Shown here: positions 1 through 11,462 of the stretch, piece by piece
How positions within the stretch are numbered: the stretch's first letter is position 1
How the letters are laid out: every line of letters begins with the position of its first letter
Assembly (NCBI GenBank): GCA_002269645.1
Contig: NIVC01000493.1
Coordinates: 310,001-374,000, forward strand
Reading direction: 5' to 3'
Source: Macrostomum lignano
Taxonomy: Eukaryota
DNA: 64,000 bases
Translations under genes and position numbers: made by a program
Notes under the pieces: model-generated
Databases searched by the model: none
Told to the model about the DNA's origin: nothing
The model's input: only the letters and a program-made list of their open reading frames with translations

Positions 1-1
1 G

Positions 2-1680
2 CTGCTAACCTGGATGCATCGCTTCTCAAAAGGCATCAGCTGGGCTAGACGAGACGAACGCCCGATGACCCGTTGCGAAGCGGACTACCAGCTGATCCCG
101 TACGAGGGCCTGTTCGAGGAGTACCTGGAGATGGTGCTGCAGTTCGGCTTCATCACCATCTTTGTGGCCGCGTTCCCGCTGGCCCCGTTCTTCGCTCTGC
201 TGAACAACTGGCTGGAAATTCGACTGGACGCCAGCAAGCTGGTCTGCGAGACGCGTAGGCCGGTGTCTGAGAGGGCGCAGGACATCGGGGTCTGGTTCAT
301 CTTGCTGGACGTCATTGTGCAACTGTCGGTTATCTCTAATGTAAGAGCTGTATATGAATTACATGTTGATCACTTTGCGCAGTGGCGATTTTCTAGGATC
401 ATCATCAAGTCGCCTTCCCAAGTGCTCATTATTAAGTGAAGTTTATCAGTGACCATATTCGAATGAGCGTTAATAAAGTGACCGTCTTAATTCGCGACAC
501 AAACGAAGACAATCCTCAACTATGATTCCTCATTTTTTTCTATTGAAAGTAAACTTACAACTTCTCCAGAACTAGCTAAATGATTCACCGCGTTCTCTAT
601 AATAATCATAATGATGCTGATACTCCATACCTCCCACTTTTCCCGCTTCCTCAAAGGCATTCCTGATCGCCTTCACGTCCGAGTTTCTGCCCAGGCAGCT
701 CTACATGTATCAGTACGACAGCCAGCTGCGAGGCTATACAAACTTCTCCTTGGCGTGGTCGCCAAGCAACACTACGGCGCAGCCGTGTCGCTACAAAGCG
801 TTCCGCGATGCTGACGGAAGTCACAGTGTCTTCTATTGGAAACTGCTGGCTGTGCGGCTGGCATTCGTCATCGCTTTCGAGGTTGGTAAAAAATGATAGC
901 TAGAACCAGAGAATATCTAGCTGAATATTTAGCTGGCGCCCCTTGGTGCTGGCGCCCCTTGGTGCTGGCGCCTCTTGGTGCTGGCGCCCCTTGGTGCTGG
1001 CGCCCCTTGGTGCTGGCGCCCCTTGGTGCTGGCGCCCCTTGGTGCTGGCGCCCCTTGGTGCTGGCGCCCCTTGGTGCTGGCGCCCCTTGGTGCTGGCGCC
1101 CCTTGGTGCTGGCGCCCCTTGGTGCTGGCGCCCCTTGGTGCTGGCGCCCCTTGGTGCTGGCGCCCCTTGGTGCTGGCGCCCCTTGGTGCTGGCGCCCCTT
1201 GGTGCTGGCGCCCCTTGGTGCTGGCGCCCCTTGGTGCTGGCGCCCCTTGGTGCTGGCGCCCCTTGGTGCTGGCGCCCCTTGGTGCTGGCGCCCCTTGGTG
1301 CTGGCGCCCCTTGGTGCTGGCGCCCCTTGGTGCTGGCGCCCCTTGGTGCTGGCGCCCCTTGGTGCTGGCGCCCCTTGGTGCTGGCGCCCCTTGGTGCTGG
1401 CGCCCCTTGGTTGAAATTTCATAACTTCTAAATGAATTTTCAGTTCTACATGTATCCCTGCTCAATATTCCATCCTTAGCACGTGGTTTTCTTCATCAGC
1501 CGGATGCTCGACATTCTCATCCCGGACGTGCCGCAATCGCTGCAGCTGAAGATCAAGCGAGAACAATACCTGGCTAAGCAGGCTCTGCAGGACGCCGAGA
1601 TTGCGATGGGCCGTGCCCGTCAGCGAATCGGCAGTGGCGTTCAGCAGACAGGCGACGACGCGGTCGACGATAGCGCCTGA
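2..1680 (+). CDS. Anoctamin/TMEM16 family Ca2+-activated channel/scramblase, last three exons (5' part lies outside the window)
   Basis: Exons 2-340 (donor GTAAGA at 341), 657-881 (acceptor AG at 655-656, donor GTTGGT at 882) and 1480-1680 (TGA) join in phase 0. Translation LFEEYLEMVLQFGFITIFVAAFPLAPFFALLNNWLEIRLDA...SN/AFLIAFTSEFLPR...VRLAFVIAFE/HVVF...IPDVP carries the hallmark TMEM16 motifs, including the acidic Ca2+-site residues. Paralog not resolvable. Confidence 0.95.
932..1411. repeat. Minisatellite, 16-bp unit GCTGGCGCCCCTTGGT, about 30 near-perfect copies, in an anoctamin intron
   Basis: Periodicity read directly; it explains the repetitive ORFs at 868-1465. Confidence 0.97.
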
Positions 1681-3621
1681 TCTTCAAGGCTCAATTACGA
1701 GAGATTCGTAGATCTACGGCAATCATATTCTCCACTCACTGAATTAGCCTACATGTAAAGTGCCTCTATATAGCAATACGGTGCACATTAACTTCGAAAA
1801 CTGAGGACTCATTACTGCAAAACGCTAAGGAAAGGATAGTAACTATAGCAAATTTTCTTGCTGCGCTTTACATGCATATTAAATTCAATATTAGTCTATT
1901 CAAATACAATTTACGAGTTGTTGATTCTTATTAGATAATAACATAAAATGTTATGATAACGTAGCATAAAGTTTTACGTGATTTGAAATTGTCATGGTGT
2001 GAGGAAATGCGTCTAAATTTTTACCTATAGTGTAGTATGTCACTTTGTCAATCTGCGACTGCAGCTTCGGATTACACCGAATTCGTCAACATCTCGCACC
2101 CCAGAAGGTTCAAATAGGTTCGAACTAATATGCCGCACACATTTACCTTGCTCCTTTTAAAAATCCCCAGTTTGCGATCAGGGACAACTAAAAAAGACAA
2201 CTAGAAGACAGCCTTTTCTAGTGCCTGTACGTTACATTGCATTCAATTTGTGTTCAGCAGTACGATCGTATGTAAACAATTAACATTTTACTTTCCATTT
2301 AGCGGACGTATAATTATTGGCTCTTTCCTTTACTTGCTTATCCATGTGAATCTACAGTACACATACTATAGCATGTACATCTTGTGTACAAATTTTTAAC
2401 AGACGTGCAAATACATCAATTGCAAATGTAACCTTGTCTAATTTAGTTAAAGCATATAATTCCAACTTTAAATTAATTTTTTTTAAGCTTTTAACTGTCA
2501 TTAATGCATTGGGCTATAAAGCTACCATTTATAACATTGTAGTTTGTTTTACCAGTAATAAAAACGTTTTCAAAGATTTTTAAATCTATTAAATCTACTA
2601 TTTTTTACTCTAATTTCTGACGTAGATGGTGCAAATGCAAAACTGAATATATCTGGTATATAGTATTATATTAGCTGACCCGATTTTTTCGGTGCAGAGG
2701 GTACAGTGTGTAGATTAAGTAAGCCATCTATTGTTTCAGGCAGGCAGGCAGCGAAAAGGCTTTTTTCTCTCGCAGACGCCAGACGGTGCGTCATCCTGAC
2801 TAGGCCTAGGCCTATGGTTTATAAGAGCGCTGAATGCTATTACAACCTTTTTGTGATAAATTGTATTTGTATTAACTTTGCAGGATGCAAAGGTAAACCT
2901 AAAAAAGGTAACCTATATATATGTAAAATGTAGGTCAGGTCAGTACAAGGCCTAGGGCTAGGTGCAAATTCTCGCACTAATTGAAGTAATTGAATTATCA
3001 AGGGTGAAACCGAATTCGTCAACATCTAATTCGTCATCTCTGTTGACGAATTCAGTTTACCTTATCAAGCATTGTTGACAAATTCGGTTACCTGATGATA
3101 TGCTATTGACTAGCTAGTATATTTTTATAGGGAATTATATTTGTATGTACAAAGAGCTTGCGTGCACGGCAGCTGTTCACATAAGCTTAGAATTGCGTGC
3201 ATGGCAGGGCAGCCATTCACGTAAGCTTAGAATTGTGGGACTTCTTCAAGTTTATGTTGATAAAATACTTCCGATTTTTCGATTTTTCTGAAACTTGCAG
3301 TGGAGACTTATGGGGCACCCAAAATTACAAAAATGCAAAAAAAAAGTGTAGAAAGTTACCTGTATGGTTGAAGCAATGACGATTTACTTGATTCCCTATT
3401 CTCTTAATGAGGTTCGGTAAGAAAAAGTTTCTACAAATACATTTTTGAAAGTGTATCCACTTGACTTTTAATTTTATGGCACATGTGCTAGAACTTCATT
3501 AGGCCAATTAAAGATGAATATTAATATCTACAAATTAATATGCAAATGTTTTTTATGTTTGCGGATTATAGTTTTTCAATTTAGTTATAATGCATAGACA
3601 GTGCCATGTCACTGTGTGCTT

Positions 3622-4000
3622 GGGTCTCCCTAAAACACGCCCCGCACCACCCTGCAGCGCTACACATTAAAACAAATTGGACTATAACTGAAGACTAAAA
3701 AAATGCGTTTTCTGTTAAGCTTCAAAGCTTTTATTAAATTTAGTTTTTTTAATTTGAAATATAAAATTCAGTGAATAATAAGTGATATTAATAATAATAT
3801 TATTCAAGTAATAATAATATAATTTAATAATGAAAACGAGAATATAAAAAATAATAACAATATTTATAATAATAATTAAAGATATTTATTCTATTACTCT
3901 TACAACAAATAGTTTTCCTTGCAATCAAATACTGCATTGACAAAAAATGTTATAATGTGTAGCAGTTTGGGGCGGTGCGGTGCATGTTTTAGGGAGACCC
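3622..4000. mobile_element. MITE nested in the previous element, 8-bp TSD
   Basis: About 50-bp imperfect TIRs starting GGGTCTCCCTAAAACA; perfect TSD GTGTGCTT at 3614-3621 and 4001-4008; very AT-rich interior. Confidence 0.85.
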
Positions 4001-4267
4001 GTGTGCTTTTTTTTAAAAACTGCGACGTCACAACCCGCTCAATCTTTGCACTTGCACTTTCACTGCACCCAGCCAAAGCAATGTTTAAAACACGCACTTG
4101 TATTTCGCACCTCAAAACCAACTACTGTATAAGGCTAGATTACTAATTCTATTGTATTAAGGTAGTAACAGCACTTAATTTCGGTAAGCAAATTCATTTA
4201 GATAAAGTTATGTTGATTCAAGTTTATGTTGATATAATTAAACAGAGATTCATTGTCAAATAAATTC

Positions 4268-4760
4268 CAACTTGTTTCAACCCCCCCCCCTATTAGAATT
4301 GGAATTTATCAGCACAATCTTGAATAGGTCTCCATGCCTCTATTCAAGTTTATGTTGATAAAATCAATCCCCATGAAGAATCTCCCCACCCTAAACCCCC
4401 CCCCATTCCCCATGCCCCGGTGGTTGGTTTTAAGCTACAACCCCCCCCCCCCTATTAGAATTGGAATTTATCAGCACAATCTTGAATAGGTCTCTATGCC
4501 TCTATTCAAGTTTATGTTGATAAAATCAATCCCTATGAAGAATCTCCCCACCCTAAACCCCCCCCATTCCCCATGCCCCGGTGGTTGGTTTTAAGCTACA
4601 ACCCCCCCCCCCTATTAGAATTGGAATTTATCAGCACAATCTTGAATAGGTCTCTATGCCTCTATTCAAGTTTATGTTGATAAAATCAATCCCTATGAAA
4701 AATCTCCCCACCCTAAAACCCCCCATTCCCCATGCCCCGGTGGTTTGTTTTAAGCTACAT
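4268..4760. repeat. Tandem triplication of a ~161-bp unit inside the 3238-4891 element
   Basis: Three copies of poly-C-TATTAGAATTGGAATTTATCAGCAC...GTTTATGTTGATAAAATC...TTTTAAGCTAC. Confidence 0.9.
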
Positions 4761-5853
4761 ATAATTGGGTTAAAGCTACCTAAAAATGGAGCTCAAATTT
4801 GAAATCAGCACCATCAAAAACCCCTATAGAGACAAAATTATGATCCTATCCAAATTGAAACTATTTTATCAACATAAACTTGAAGAAGTCCAAATTGTGC
4901 CCACAGCATGCGTTTCTAACTTCCTGAATGTAGGAATGCAAACTTTTCATTCCAGGTTCCGGCCATTTTTTTAATTTTGCTGCCCAGGAAACTTTATTTC
5001 TTCAATTCAGCTCATATAGCATATATGATGATGCATGCATGCATTATTGTGCTTTAAGTTAAAATTAACTGGTTTTAGCTGGTTCTAAAGTTTGCTTGAA
5101 ATGAAATGTGCCACACACAGTTTACCAATTTATGGTCAATCTATGAAGCTGAAAGCCTGAGACCCCTCTTTTAATTGCTGATGCATATCATGGCATGCAT
5201 GTATAGTATTACAACATTTATCTGTATTACATCTAAGTATTATAATGAAGCATGGAGCATGTATGTACAGTATTATGACATTTATCTGTATTACATCTAA
5301 GTATTATAATGACTTTGACAATTTGGTCGCCTATCTAGACCACTCTCGACCAGCTAGAGGTGCACTCTCAGGCCGCCTAACTGACAGAAGTAGAATGTGG
5401 TTGGGCTATAGAGCAAAGAATTAAAGAGTGTAGGGCTGTCATGCACACGCTTAAGTGCGGCACTTTGCTGCTTAGATGATGGTGAGGCAAAAAAAGAAGG
5501 AAGTGTGAGGCTTGATTGCCAAAAACATGAATGGTTACATATATATAGTCATGATCCAACCCCCCTCCTCTTCAAGCCAGATGATGGGTGTTAAATGTTA
5601 GTAATCCTTCAGACTCCCTCGCATTGCAAGTTAGGTTGTCTTGGTAAGTATAGTGTACTCGTACATTATATAGTACACCTTAATTTCATATTAAATGTTC
5701 TGCCTTTTTCTATCATTGATATAAAGGATGTTTTTCAGCATCGAAAGTAAGTAACCTGCGCTGACTGATGAGAACAAATTATTAGTGAACAATTATTAGA
5801 GGTGTTGTGTATTGCAAAGGCATGCAAGGCGTAGGGGTAGTTCGGGGACAGCA

Positions 5854-5951
5854 TTTCTAGAAACTTCTACCGCGGACTTGTTTATGCATAGTTCCAGAAG
5901 TTTCCTTCCCCGGTCTTTCTAGAACTTTCCTTCCCAGTGTGCATAAATATA
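5854..5951 (+). promoter_or_regulatory. Heat-shock-type promoter: three perfect 3-unit HSEs plus a TATA-like box
   Basis: nTTCnnGAAnnTTCn at 5854-5868, 5891-5905 and 5916-5930, followed by CATAAATA at 5942-5949. Confidence 0.75.
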
Positions 5952-6723
5952 CAAGCTGCCCTCCTATTGGCCAAGCCCTCTTTTGGTACCACTGAGCGCC
6001 TGGATAATTATCTATCTTGTTTTTGTGTTCGTTAATTCAACAATAGAACAAGAGGCTCGCAAGAGAAATGGTGCAAGAGAGCTAAAGGGTACATAGTTTA
6101 TTTGTCAGACAAAATTCTTATACCATTACACTGTATAATGGGAAGCCAGGCATAAAGGGGAGGTGCACAAATAGTGACGTGAGTCATCTGCCATTGCAGA
6201 CACATCTAGTTGGGTAGGAGTCACCCCGTGCAATGCGTGCTGGAGCCTGCATGCAAGTTCGAATGCACCCTACTATAGCTCTCTCATAAACGTGTCTGTG
6301 CATGCACCGCCACAAGACAATTTTTCATATGTCAATCAATGTTGAATGAATGAGGTTAGATTGTCTGCCAACAAAAATTTGAATATTCAGCATTTAGCCT
6401 TTCGATCATATGCTGGCACAAATCAATTAATTTTACTTTGTCCTTTTTAGAACTCGGAAGATATATCTCAATATGAAGTATTATACACTTGGAATACTAA
6501 AACATACAAGAAAAGGGAAATCTTAATATGGCAATACTCAGACATACCTAGTAGACATACAGCTATATCGTATATCTACATGTGCATGATATGTACATTG
6601 TACATCATGACATATATGCTGTCGCCATGATATACTGCAGCAATTAAAAGAGGGGTTTCAGGCTTTCAGCTTCACAGACCGATCATAAATTGGTAAACTG
6701 TGTGTAGCACATTTCATTCAATG

Positions 6724-6916
6724 CCGTGTACGCAATTCTGAGCTTACGTGAATGGCTGCCATGCACGCTATTCTGAGCTTACGTGAATGGCTGCTGTGCA
6801 CGCAATTCTGAGCTTACGTGAATGGCTGCCGTGCACGCAATTCTGAGCTTATGTGAACAGCTGCCGTGCACGCAATTTTGAGCTTGCATGAATGGCTGCC
6901 GTGCACGCAAGCTCTT
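6724..6916. repeat. 35-bp tandem array (GTGCACGCAATTCTGAGCTTACGTGAATGGCTGCC), about 5.5 copies
   Basis: Read directly; an inverted ~2.5-copy version lies at 3152-3237. Confidence 0.9.
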
Positions 6917-9195
6917 CGTTGTATATATGTGGATTTTAAATCTGCTAAATTCAGTGAATTGCAATAAATCCCTGGAACTTTGTACACATTTTAAAATCTA
7001 AAGTCATACTTTGTGAATAGTTAAAGAAATAACAAACTTGGAATAAAAATTGAATTAAAGTGACCTGCTTCACTCTAAAGATGCAATAAACTATAATGAA
7101 GCATATACAGCACACAAACACCCAATAGACTAGCTCTTGATATACTTGCATCTGGATACTCAACTAAATAGATAGAATATAGTACATATATTATGTACAT
7201 AGCATTGATTGAACAATTCATTAGATTTGAGTTGTATATGCACAATAGCATTTAGAATGAGTACTCATGAAGTCTTATTGAAGTCTTTGGCAATATTTTG
7301 CTCATTGAATAAAAAAAATTATGATTATTGCTTCAAGCAATAAACTTTTAGTAAGTCTGTCTTGTTGTTGACAAATTCGCTCAGCTTTTTAACTGTTGAC
7401 AAATTTGATTTCCTTCAATTTCTTAAATTTTAGGTCTGTTGACAAATTCAGTATAACCCTGCAACAAGATGTCAAATGGGCTATTCCATTTTTTGCAACT
7501 TTACTAAAAACTAAAAGAAAATAAAAATTCTCATCTTTGCCCAACAATCTAGATCTAAAAATGGAAAATTGCATAAAAATGCATTAGAAATCATATTATA
7601 ACAAATATGAGACATTGAGACATAACAACATGCAGCTTAAAAAGATTCCCTAAACACAAAATATTTAATGTAAAAAATCTTTCTCATTTTTATTTCAATG
7701 GCTAGAGTTTTGGCAGTTGCAAATCTATAAAATTTTGAATGGGGATACAGATTACTAAGCCAAGTAGCAAGCTATGTATATATGTCATATAAGATTTTAA
7801 AAATGGCAATATATGATATCATGCCCAACCTCAAAATTTCACCCATCCAGTGCAACTTTGCAACTTTGTTTTTCTCAATTGTGACTTAGTTCCTCTCAAT
7901 TGCAACTTAATTTTCACTTTGTAATATGAATTTTTTTGCCTTTTACTCTTTTTTCTCTTTCCTCTTTCCCCTCTCTTTCTTCTCCTTCCTTTCTTTTCCT
8001 TTTCTCTTTCTCTCCTTTTTCCCCCAATTTTTCATTTTTCGTGTTTTTCAATTTTGAGACTTACCTTAGCTAGCGGCCATTTTGGTCAGGTATTGGGCAT
8101 GTATTATATGATATTATATATAATGTATTGTTTGCTTGTGGTTGCCATTCAAATTTCTGTGTTGAAGTAAAAAAAGTGAAACAAGTCAAAAGATGTTGCC
8201 AGGTCAATCAAGTTTGAGGTTTGTAAATGTAAATTTTAGTTAATAGTATATAAGGCCTATCTGTTTTAAAATTAGAAACTGTTTCTAATTAAATATTTAG
8301 TTTGAGAACTATTAGAATAAGGCAAACAATTAACTTATGTAAATAAAACAAGTATTAAGCTCTACTTATTTTTCCAGTAAGCTTTTAAAAGACCTCCAAC
8401 TACCTTCCTAGTCAATCCTAGATCCTCAATTTGATAAAGATTGCAACTATCCTTAGTTTTTTATCTTTAAATAATCTAGAATTTTATATATTTTATTTTT
8501 CTAAAGTAAAATAAACTTGCAAAATTAATTGAAAAGTGTACCTATAAGTAATTGTCCATAGTCTACAAAGCCTTAAAGCCTATATGGTCTTAGAGTCCTT
8601 TGAAATTTCACAATAGGCCCTAGCAATATAGCTAAGTCAAGGCTTATGTCTCTTTTCAGCCATCTTCTTTCTAATCTCTTTTCCTCTCCTTTACTTTCTT
8701 CTTTTCTTTTTTCTTTTCTTTTTTCTATCTTCTCTTCTCTCCTTATTTTTGTTGCCTCTTTTCTGCTATCTCTCTTCTTTGTCTCTATTCCTTCTTCTCT
8801 CTTCCCTTTTCTAGACCATTGTCATACTCTAGGCCCCTAGTTTTTCTATTTGGAACTTAAATAAAAAGTTTGGCAATCCCTGATTTAAAAAATGATCTTT
8901 ATGCTAAGATTCCTGAATTTAGTATTCTAGCTATTCATCTTTGTTTGATATATAGGTTGGTATAATATCAGCTACATAGATGAAGGCTAATAGGGTTGGC
9001 ATGCTTAGCATAATGTTATAAGAATTTGAACATTTTGATCAAATATAATTATATACTAGCAGCCTACCTAATGTACTTGAAGAATATAACTATAAGTTAG
9101 ACATTTGATTATAATAAATAATTGTCATTGGGACATTGAAGGACAGGTTGGTTTTAGGTTAATCACTAATTTATTAGAATATAATATTATATATG

Positions 9196-10104
9196 AGGGC
9201 TGTCCAAAAAGTAGTATTACTTTTCACTAAATCTCTTGTTCTGCTGATCCAAATAACATCATTTTGCACAGATTTATGGTGGCAACTCTCTTCTTTATGT
9301 TAACTTTAACATCATTAAAAGCAGACAATGGAAACAAAAGTTATAAACTAAAATGTAGTAGGACCTCAACAATAGACTTACAGTAAGTAAGCAACTGGCC
9401 ACAGTAAATGACTGCAAAAGACCCATGAGCCTATGAAAGTTGAGCATGAATCTTGACTCAACTGTCCCCACGTCCCCTAAAGGGTATATATCATACTCCT
9501 TTGAGCAACACTTGAATGCACATCTAGGAATTTTTGCATAGCAAAAAGAGGGAACAAACAGTACTATAGTTGAAGCCCAGTTTAAAATATTCTGTTGCTT
9601 CAACAAAATATGCTTCTCTAATTTTCCATAGATATCTTTTTGTCACAGTAGCCTAACAAAGAAGTCTGAGTGCATTCTATCAAAAGTACTTTTGCTACTT
9701 TCCACTAACTTGTTGAATTACTGTAAGTCTATGGTCAAGGTCCTGCTACATTTAAGTTTATAACTTTTTATAAAGTTAAAGTTAACATGTATCAGATTAA
9801 ACATGCCTTTTGAGGGAGTTATTTGTATAAATCATGAGGGCCTGAGGCCCGAGGGATTTATGAAAATAACTCCCGAAAAAGGCATGTGTAATCTCGTATA
9901 AACCATAGACATAAAGACTTTATGGGATATTATTGAATATTACCAAATAAAATCCCGGAGAACGCAAATATTGTCACGGAAAGTCTTTATTTCTATGGAT
10001 TATAAAGAAGATAGTTGCTGCTATAAATCTTTGCAAAATGATGTTATTTGGATCAGCAGAACAAGAGATATAGTGAAAAGTAACACTAATTTTTGGACAG
10101 CCCT
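9196..10104. mobile_element. Non-autonomous TIR transposon (mariner- or Harbinger-like termini)
   Basis: About 95-bp TIRs AGGGCTGTCCAAAAA...CTGCTGATCCAAATAACATCATTTTGC at 9196-9290 and 10010-10104; TSD degenerate (TGA/TTA); no transposase ORF. Confidence 0.8.
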
Positions 10105-10215
10105 TAGCTTGTATATATATTGTTAAATATGCATATTTTTTGTTAATTGTAGACTTGCTGAATTTTTTTCCAAAATTTCCAAATTAAATATTATTAATAT
10201 TGATCCCAATCATTC

Positions 10216-10560
10216 ATGCAAATGGCTAGTAGTGCTGACCCATCAAATTCAGCAGCAGATGGAGACAATTTCGCATCAGACAAGGCCTCTCAGCCAGGTG
10301 TTGACCAGATGATTGATGCTATTGATGATGGCACTTGGGGTGGCTGGATCAAGAAGCACCTGGCCATGCTGCTTGTGTATGCGGCAAATAATCCTACTAC
10401 ATTTGTTTACTATGTGCTAATAGTGATGTCTCCATTGCTGATTCTCAGTGCAATATGCGCCTACAAGTTGGCTAAGGAGATTGAACAGCGAAACAAAGAC
10501 CAGAAGCGGAAACAGCGCCGAGATGCAAATATTAAAAAATCTCGCAGTAAGAAAGAATGA
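10216..10560 (+). CDS. SMIM15: Small integral membrane protein 15 homolog with an acidic N-terminal extension
   Basis: W..K.L..YAANNPTTFVYYVLIVMSPLLILSAICAYKLAKEIEQRNKDQKRKQRRDANIKKSRSKKE matches the SMIM15 pattern (WAAKDPYGF...PLF..SA.LSWKLAK.IE.REKEQK.KQKRQ.NI). Upstream acceptor AG at 10151-10152. Confidence 0.9.
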   Translation: MQMASSADPSNSAADGDNFASDKASQPGVDQMIDAIDDGTWGGWIKKHLAMLLVYAANNPTTFVYYVLIVMSPLLILSAICAYKLAKEIEQRNKDQKRKQRRDANIKKSRSKKE

Positions 10561-11389
10561 AAGATAATTAACAAAAAGTTTCCCACTGTATTCTCACTGT
10601 ATTAACAAATTTACTCTGTATTACTTCAGTGTATAATAGATGGAGAAAATTGAAAATTATGCGCATTTTACCAACTTTGTTTGTAAAAAATGTTTTTTTC
10701 TTGGTGCAAATTTGCTTTTTTAATTTGGTCGTATTTTGTCAGTAATTCGCTTTGACGCTACTTTCAGCAAGTATAAAGTGTTTTATTCCGAAATTTGATT
10801 GGAAAGATATAAAAAGATCGTCTAATCGGTAAATACTTCTACTTAAATTTATTTAATTTCATAAGCAAGCTTATTCTTTAAGTCTGCTTTAGCTGTTCGT
10901 TTTGTCATGAAATCATGGAACCTCTTAATTATTTTAAATCGATTGTCTGATGTTAGTCAGTTAGTGTAGTTTTTCATATAATATATTGCTTTCATTTTTT
11001 TCTATCTAAATTTGAGCTATTCACGCAAAATATATTGTAATGAATTAGCTTATTGTTTTTGTTACTACTGCTAATAATCAAAATATGTATTAATTAAAAA
11101 TTAAATCTAACGGTTAACGCTAACTGCCGTCTTAACTCTAAGTCTAAGTCTAATATAATGTTATAGCTGTTATATTATACTTAGTATTTGATTATCTGTT
11201 TTCATAAACATGATACAGAGTTAAATAATTCATTATGCACATTACGTCGAAATTTAATTGTGGTAGTTACTAAGGCTTCTTGTTCTTGCAAGTTGCAACT
11301 AGAAAGAATTAAATGATGCGCATTGGCTTCGATTGCCGAAAACGGTATGAATAGGGTTATAATACACAGCTTCTCTGCCATTTGATCGG

Positions 11390-11462
11390 GGTCCCATGGT
11401 GTAGTGGTTTAACACACTGGACTTTGAATCCAGCGACCCGAGTTCGAATCTCGGTGGGACCT
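11390..11462 (+). tRNA. trnQ-UUG: tRNA-Gln, anticodon TTG
   Basis: GGTCCCA/TGGGACC acceptor stem, GTGT/ACAC D-stem, CTGGA-CTTTGAA-TCCAG anticodon arm and GTTCGAATC T-loop; Pol III T6 terminator at 11488-11493. Confidence 0.97.

Larger units (their letters stand above)
3238..4891. mobile_element. MITE/non-autonomous DNA transposon with GG termini and 8-bp TSD (Merlin-like signature)
   Basis: TIR GGACTTCTTCAAGTTTATGTTGATAAAATA at 3238-3267 and 4862-4891. Flanks GAATTGTG / AAATTGTG (1 mismatch). Confidence 0.7.
3152..6916. mobile_element. Composite inverted-repeat structure: one non-autonomous element with complex arms, or two inverted copies of one repeat family
   Basis: AAGAGCTTGCGTGCACGGC at 3152 is the reverse complement of 6898-6916, and both ends carry a 35-bp unit array. 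A second inverted block pairs 5096-5180 with 6638-6721. No TSD recognised. Confidence 0.55.

Noticed and set aside
868-1465. Repetitive ORFs on both strands
   Set aside because: 16-bp minisatellite inside a phase-consistent anoctamin intron.
2070-7460. Scattered TGTTGACRAATTC motifs (about 2080, 3010-3090, 7360-7455) as ends of a larger element
   Set aside because: The motif recurs, but I could not define termini or a TSD.
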